In this document: positions 57,478 to 64,000 of the stretch, in pieces | Layout: each line of letters starts with the position of its first letter | How positions within the stretch are numbered: position 1 is the stretch's first letter | Origin: Chrysemys picta bellii | Lineage: Eukaryota | Length of the DNA stretch: 64,000 nucleotides | Direction: 5' to 3' | Assembly: GCF_011386835.1 (NCBI RefSeq) | Contig: NC_088807.1 | Location: forward strand, 26,350,001-26,414,000 | The notes under the pieces: generated by a model | The model's input: the letters and a program-made list of their open reading frames with translations, nothing else | Databases searched by the model: none | What the model was told of the DNA's origin: nothing | Translations under genes and position numbers: made by a program

Positions 57478-60400
57478 ATGAGCGCGCTGGCCAAGGCGCG
57501 CAAGGAGCGCTGGCCCCAGGCTGAATATGAGGCGCAGGCGAAAGGTGAGGGGGGCCCGAGGCTGCGCCCCCCCCGGCTATGGGCTGCGGGGGGAGGGGGC
57601 TGAGCAAGTGGGGGCCGCGGTGGGGCGGGGGCAGTGAGCCGGGGGGCGCAGGGGGGTGGGGACCAGAGGGGGGCTGGCCGAAGGAGGCTGCGTGTTGGGG
57701 GGGGCTCCAGTGGGGCTGAGGCGTTGCATTGGGAGGGGGCTGAATGGGCTGCCCCGAGCCCCCCCCCCCCCAACCTGGCCCACCCCACTGCCCCCGCCCT
57801 ATGGCTTGGGGGGTCGCCTGAGGGCTCGGGCCCCTCCCCCTGCTGGGGGCTGGGGGCCCGGACCCCTGGGTTCTCTCCCGGCTCCTGGGGTCAGTGGGGC
57901 TAATGGGGGGAGCCCACACCCCAGCCTCTCCCCGCAGCCCGGCCGAGCCCAGGAGCGGGTTTTAATGCAACTTCCCCCGCAGGTTCCGGCCTCTCAGCTC
58001 CGTTCAACTTCCTCACCCCCCCGGCTCCCCCTCCCCCGCCACAGAGACCTGGGGAATCCCAGCAGAGTTCAGGGCCAGGGGAGAACCCAGGCGTCGGGCT
58101 CCCAGCCCCCACTCTGCTCTAACCCACCAGCCCCCCTCCCCTCCCAGAGCCAGGGAGAGAACCCAGGAGTCCTGGCTCCCAGCCCCCCTGGTCTAACCCA
58201 CCAGCCCCCACTCCCCTCCCAGAGCCAGGGAGAGAACCCAGGAGTCCTGGCTCCCAGCCCCCAGTCCCCTCCCAGAGCCGGGGAGAGAACCCAGGAGTCC
58301 TGGCTCCCAGCCCACCCCGTGCTCTAACCACTAGAGCCCCCTCCCCTCTCAGAGCCGGGGAGAGAACCCAGGAGTCCTGGCTCCCAGCCCCCCCTGCTCT
58401 ATCCACCAGCCCCCACTCCCCTCCCAGAGCCGGGGAGAGAACCCAGGAGTCCTGGCTCCTAGCCCCCCCTGCTCTAACCACCAGCCCCCACTCCCCTCCC
58501 AGAGCCGGGGAGAGAACCCAGGAGTCCTGGCTCCCAGCCCCCCCTGCTCTAACCACCAGCCCCCACTCCCCTCCCAGAACCGGGGAGAGAACCCAGGAGT
58601 TGGTTAGTTCTTCACTGTGGGGTGTGTCCTGGTGCATGTGGCTGGGTGGGGGTTGGGGGGAGCTCGGACTCCTGGGTTCACTCCTGGGCTCTGGGTAGGG
58701 GTGGGTGAGGGCCGGGGGGGTAGCCCAGTGGGGGTTGCTGGCACCGCCCCCTCCTGCCGGATATGTGGGTTTGAGGCTCTGGGGCAGGATGTGGGGGAAG
58801 GGGGAGTTCTCCGAATGTGGCCACAGGCAGGGCCACTACTGCCCACTCTCGGCTCTCTCCCCCCCATCAGTGGGTCAGCTGCCGCCCGCGGGGAAAGAGG
58901 AACGTGGGGGGGCAGGCAAAGGGGGGCCGTTCCAGCCCCTGCCCCAGGGCGGGATCCCGGCGGGTGTCCCCCCAGAGGGGACAGGTCACTGAACCCCATT
59001 CCCTGCCCCCAGAGCCAGCCATGGGGGGCAGGTGCCCACGGGGCTCGCAGACTTCCCCATTTCCCCCCCCACACCCCCAGCTCTGCAGCTGCCCAGGAAA
59101 TGAAAGTGCCCAGCAAACAAATTGATGCTCCCGGACTCCTGGGTCCCTTCCCCTTCCCTGCTCCGCCAGCCCGAACTCCTGGGTCCCTTCCCTGCTCCTC
59201 TCTGCCCCACCCCCACCAGCCCCAAACTCCTGGGTCCCTTTCCTGCTCCTCTCTGCCCCACCCCCGCCAGCCCAGATTCCTGGGTCCCTTCCCTGCTCCT
59301 CTCTGCCCCACCCCAGGACTCCTGGGTTCCTTCCCTGCTCCTCTCTGCCCCACCCCTGCCAGCCCCGGACTCCTGGGTCCCTTCCCTGCTCCTCTCTGCA
59401 CCACCCCCGCCAGCCCCAAACTCCTGGGTCCCTTCCCTGCTCCTCTCTGCCCCACCCCCGCCAGCCCCGGACTCCTGGGTCCCTTCCCTGCTCATTGGGG
59501 CTCCTGGGCGCCCCCTGCTGACGCTGCCCCCCCTGCAGAGCTGCGTGGCCAGCTGGGCGAGCAGCAGCGGGGGCGAGAGGCCCAGGCCGAGCTCCGGCTG
59601 CAGCTGCTCCAGGACATGGGCGACTTCCTGCGGCGAAAGGCCGAGCTGGAGCAGGAATATTCCCGCGGGCTGGAGAAGCTGTCGGAGAGATTCACCGCCC
59701 GGCTGCGCGGGGCCAAGGAGCACTCCAGGTGGGCTGCGGGTCGGGAGTGAGAGGCACGGGGGGGCTGCGGGTCGGGAGTGAGGGGCACGGGGGGGCTGCG
59801 GGTCGGGAGTGGGGGCACAGGGGGCTGCGGGTCGGGAGTGAGGGGCGTTGGGGGGGCTGCGGGTCGGGAGTGAGGGGCGCCGGCAGGGCTGGGGGCTGCG
59901 GGTCGGGAGTGAGGGGCGCCGGGAGGGCTGGGGGTCGGGAGTGAGGGGCACCGGGAGGGCTGGGGGTCGGGAGTGAGGGGCACGGGGGGCTGGGGGTCAG
60001 GAGTGAGGGGCACGGGGGGCTGCGGGTCGGGAGTGAGGGGCGCCGGCAGGGCTGGGGGCTGCGGGTCGGGAGTGAGGGGCACCGGGAGGGCTGGGGGTCG
60101 GGAGTGAGGGGCACGGGGGGCTGCGGGTCGGGAGTGAGGGGCACGGGGGGGCTGGGGGCTGCGGGTCGGGAGTGAGGGGCACCGGGAGGGCTGGGGGTCG
60201 GGAGTGAGGGGCATGGGGGGCTGCGGGTCGGGAGTGAGGGGCACCGCTCTCCGTCTCTCCCCAGGAGGGAGCAGGACCCGCCGTCCCCCCTGCAGTGCTG
60301 GCAGCTGGTGTTGAATCAGACCCGCCAGGCCGGCCGGGACCACGGGGCCCTGAGCGATATTTACGCAGGGCCCCTCACGCTGCACCTGACCCAGCTCAGC

Positions 60401-63400
60401 GACGATCTGGGGCGCCTGGTCAAGAAGGTGGGGCTGGTCCCCCTGCCCTGGTCTCCTGGGTCCCTTCTCCCCTCCCCCCAGGCCCTGCTCCCCCTGCCCT
60501 GGTCTCCTGGGTCCCTTCTCCCCTCCCCCAGGCCCTGCTCCCCCTGCCCGGTCTCCTGGGTCCCTTCCCCCCAGCACTGCTCCCCGGACTCCTGGGTCCC
60601 GTCCCTCCAGCGCGACGTGGTGCCCTCCCCCCGCGGGTTCCTGGGGATCCGTCCCATGCCTGGGCTGGAGGGTCGGTGCGGGAAGGGAGGGGTTGATAGG
60701 GCCCCCCCATCTCTAATGCTGCCCCCCCGTGCCCCCCCAGAGCCGAGACCTGGAGCAGCAGATGCAGGAAGAGCTGCTGACGATGATTTCTGAGCTGCAG
60801 ATGGTGAGTGCGGGACCCGGGCGGGCGGGGGGGTCGGGGGGGGCTCCGGGCTCCCCACTGACGCCCCCCGCCCCCCCAGGCTATGAAAACCTACCAGACG
60901 CAGCACGCAGAGAGCCAGAGCGCCGAGAACAAGCTGCGGGAGGCCGAGCGGCAGGAGGAGAAGAGGGGGGGCCGGCAGCCCCCCGAGCCGGGGGGAGCCG
61001 GGCAGGACAAGCTGGCCCGACGCGCCTCCCTCCGCAAGGGGGAGCGGCTGGTGGAGAAGGTGAGCTGGGGGGAGGGGGCCTGGGGCTCATGGGGGGCAGG
61101 GGAGTGGGGGGGGCGGCTCTGTGGTTTGGGGGGCAGAGGCTCGGGGGGGTTGGCTGCCCCCCCCCAGCTGACGGGTCTCTCCCCCCCGCCCCCCCCCCCC
61201 AGCGCCAGGCCCGGTTCCTGGCAGCGCAATCGAAGTGCACAGGAGCCCGGAACGATTATCTCCTGCACCTGGGGTCCACCAACGCCGTCCTCCGCAACTA
61301 CTACCTACGGGACGTCTCCGACATCCTCGACGTACGCGGGACCCAGGCGTCCGGGCAGCGCCGCTCGGGGATGGGACCCAGGCGTCCGACAAGGCTGGAT
61401 GCTCCAGGGGATTGAGGGGCACCGGCAGGGCGGGGGCTGGGTTCGGGGGGCTGCGGGTCGGGAGTGAGGGGCGCCGGGGGCTACAGGTCAGGAGTGAGGG
61501 GCACCGGCAGGGGCTGGGCTCGGGGGGCTGCGGGTCGGGAGTGAGGGGCACTGGGGGGCAGGGCTCGGGGGGCTGCGGGTCGGGAGTGAGGGGCATCGGC
61601 AGGGCTGGGCTAGCAGGGGCTGCGGGTCGGGAGTGAGGGGCACCGGCAGGGCTGGGGGGGGCAGGGCTGGCCTATGGGGGCTGCGGGTCGGGAGTGAGGG
61701 GCACCGTCAGGGGCTGGGTTCGGGGGGCCACAGGTTGGGAGTGAGGGGCGCCGGGGGCTGCGGGTCGGGAGTGAGGGGCGCTGGCGGGGGCTGGGCTCGG
61801 GGGGCTGCGGGTCGGGAGTGAGGGGCGCTGGCGGGGCTGACCTATGGGGGCTGCGGGTCGGGAGTGAGGGGCGCCGGCGGGGCGGGGCTGGGCCGGCCTT
61901 GGGGGGCGCCGGGCCGGGGTTCAGGGGTGTGTCTCCCCGCAGTGCTCGGACCTCGGGTTCCATCTCTCCCTGGGCCGCCTGCTGCGGACGTACCTGGCGG
62001 CCGAGGGCCGGGCCCAGAGCTCCTGGGGGGAGGGGCTGGGGGCGCTGGAGGGGGCCGTGCTGGCCCTGGACCCCCCCGGGGACAAGGCTCGGCTGATGGA
62101 GGCCAACCCGGCCGCGTACTGCCCCCCCCCGCGCTTCGAGTACCACCCCCATGAGGGCGACGAGGTGAGAGGGGGTCTGGGGGGAGGTATCGGGGGAGGG
62201 GATGAAGGTGGGGCGGGGGAGGGGATGAAGGTGGGGCGGGGGGAGGGTAAGATGGGTGTGGGGGAGGGGGAGGGGATGAAGGTGGGGCGGGGGGAGGGTA
62301 AGATGGGTGGGGGGGAGGGGGAGGGGATGAAGGTGAGGGAGGGGGAGGGGAAGATGGGTGTGGGGGGAGGGGGAGGGGAAGACGGGGGTGGGGGGAGGGG
62401 GAGGGGATGAAGGTGGGGCGGGGGGAGGGTAAGATGGGAGGAGGGGGAGGGGTGAAGATGGGGGGAGGGGATGAAGGTGGGGCAGGGGGGTGGGGGAGGG
62501 TAGATGGGGGTGGGGTGGGGCGACAGCGGCAGATATGGGGGGTGGGAACAGCCATCACCCCCCTTTGCCCCCCAGGTGTCGGAGGTCCAGGCCGTGGGGT
62601 CCCTGCGCCCGGAGCTGCTGCTGCAGTGGCAGGCCATCGAGACGCGGCTGAAGGACCTGAGCCTGGAGACCGAGGAGGTGGGAGTGGGGGGGCAGGGAGT
62701 GGGGGGGCTGGACGCTCGCAGCTGGGGTGTTGGCACATGGGGAAACTGAGGCAGACACGGTGCAGAACTCAGGTCCAACGTGACCCGGGAAAAGCCACGT
62801 TTCACGGGTCGGGGGGGGGGGCCGCTCGCGCCAATGGCTGCTGCTGCAAAGGATTCTGGGACCTGGCGCCGGGCTCCCCCCTCACCCCTCCCGTGGCCCC
62901 CCAGGTGAACAAGACGCTGCAGGCGACGCTGAGCAGCTTCCGGGAACTGCTGGGGGCGGAGGAGCCCGAGGTGCTGGAGGCGTTTGGGGGGCCGGGCTCG
63001 GCTGAGTCGCTGCGGGGGGCCAGTGCCGAGGGGCGCGGTGGGGCCAAGCGACGGGCCCAGCAGCTGGAGACAGAGACCTTCTACCTCACGGTACGGCCCC
63101 CCCCCGGCGTGTGAAACCCCTGCCCCACAGAGCCCTGACCCATGGCGCCCCACAGAGCCCTGACCCATGGCACCCCACAGCCCCACGGAGCCCCGACCCA
63201 CAGCCGCCACAGGGCCCCTGGCCCCTCACCCCCCACCCCACGGTGCCCCGCGCTGCCCCCTCTGCTGTCCCCCATGCTCCCCATTGCGCCCCGCAGCCCC
63301 ACCCCCCCCGCCCCACGGCGCCCCACAGCCCCTCCGTGTCCCTCACTCTCGCCCCGCCCGGCTGATCCTGTCCCCCCCGCAGAAGCTGGAGCTGTTCCTG

Positions 63401-63467
63401 ACGCGACGGAGCATCGGGGCGAAGTTACAGTCGAAGCTGGAGACGCTGGGCGAGGCCATCGCGAAGG
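57478..63467 (+). CDS. ARHGAP4: ARHGAP4 copy 2, exons 1-10, frame intact; continues beyond the window
   Basis: Exons 57478-57544, 59539-59728, 60265-60427, 60741-60803, 60880-61059, 61203-61331, 61943-62164, 62576-62677, 62905-63090, 63383-63467; lacks the copy 1 indels at about 26736 and 29634. Confidence 0.93.
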
Positions 63468-63526
63468 GTGAGCGGGGACGGGGTGGGGGGAAGAGAAAGG
63501 ACCCAGGTGTCCGGGCGTTAACTCTG

Positions 63527-64000
63527 TGTGACGGCTTCGGTCACAGAGACCCCCTTGGGACTGTCACCTGACGTGCTGAGTTCACCTCGGAGCCCATTTT
63601 CCCTGCCAGCCGGGCACTGCAGAACCGGCCGTGTGGAGCCAGACGCGCCAGCCGGCTGCAACCCAGAGCCACGTCTGGGCCACGGCCCCAAAGCCTCAGG
63701 TGTTAACCAAGAACTGCCCTGCAGGTTCCCTGCCTCCAGCCCCCCAGCTCCCCGTGGGGTCCGAACCCCCCAAAACCCCTTTCACTCGGTCTAAAGCTTA
63801 TCCAGGCTAAACTCAGAACCTGTCCCCCTCGATAACCCTGAGAGCGAGATGCACAGCTGTGTGATCCCCAGCTATTAATTACTTACTCTGGGTTAATTAA
63901 TAAACAAAAGTGATTTTATAAAAAGTCGGATTCAAGTGGTTCCGCGTAGTAACAGACAGAACAAAGTAAGTTACCAGGCAACATGAAACAAAAACCCGCA
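63527..64000. mobile_element. Solo LTR, copy 2 (cut by the window end)
   Basis: CTCTG at 63522-63526 then TGTGACGG; near-identical to 30169-30642. Confidence 0.78.

Overview
Very GC-rich vertebrate DNA. The CR1, MIR and Gmr1-type Gypsy content and the presence of AVPR2 point to a non-avian reptile, probably a turtle microchromosome (inference). The genes are homologous to human Xq28, all on the + strand: PDZD4 (3' exons), AVPR2, NAA10, a NUDT16-family gene and ARHGAP4. This five-gene block occurs twice in tandem: 4988-30642 aligns with 35364-64000, and the copies are separated by a 500-N gap (34864-35363). They differ mostly by synonymous substitutions, VNTR lengths and 1-bp homopolymer indels, so an uncollapsed second haplotype is the simplest reading; a real segmental duplication or gametolog pair is not excluded. 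The left end holds a young Gmr1-like LTR retrotransposon (5' LTR, tRNA-Leu PBS, gag-PR-IN with one TGA just before the protease DTG) nested in a CR1 LINE inside a PDZD4 intron. Introns are filled with G/C-rich minisatellites; one is a ~75-bp tandem unit built from a MIR/tRNA head. A solo LTR with a 5-bp TSD sits between the predicted branch point and the polypyrimidine tract of a 28-nt ARHGAP4 micro-exon. No CRISPR array, rRNA or true tRNA gene was found. Most long ORFs in the track are repeat artefacts. All comparisons to human proteins are from memory, not from a database search.
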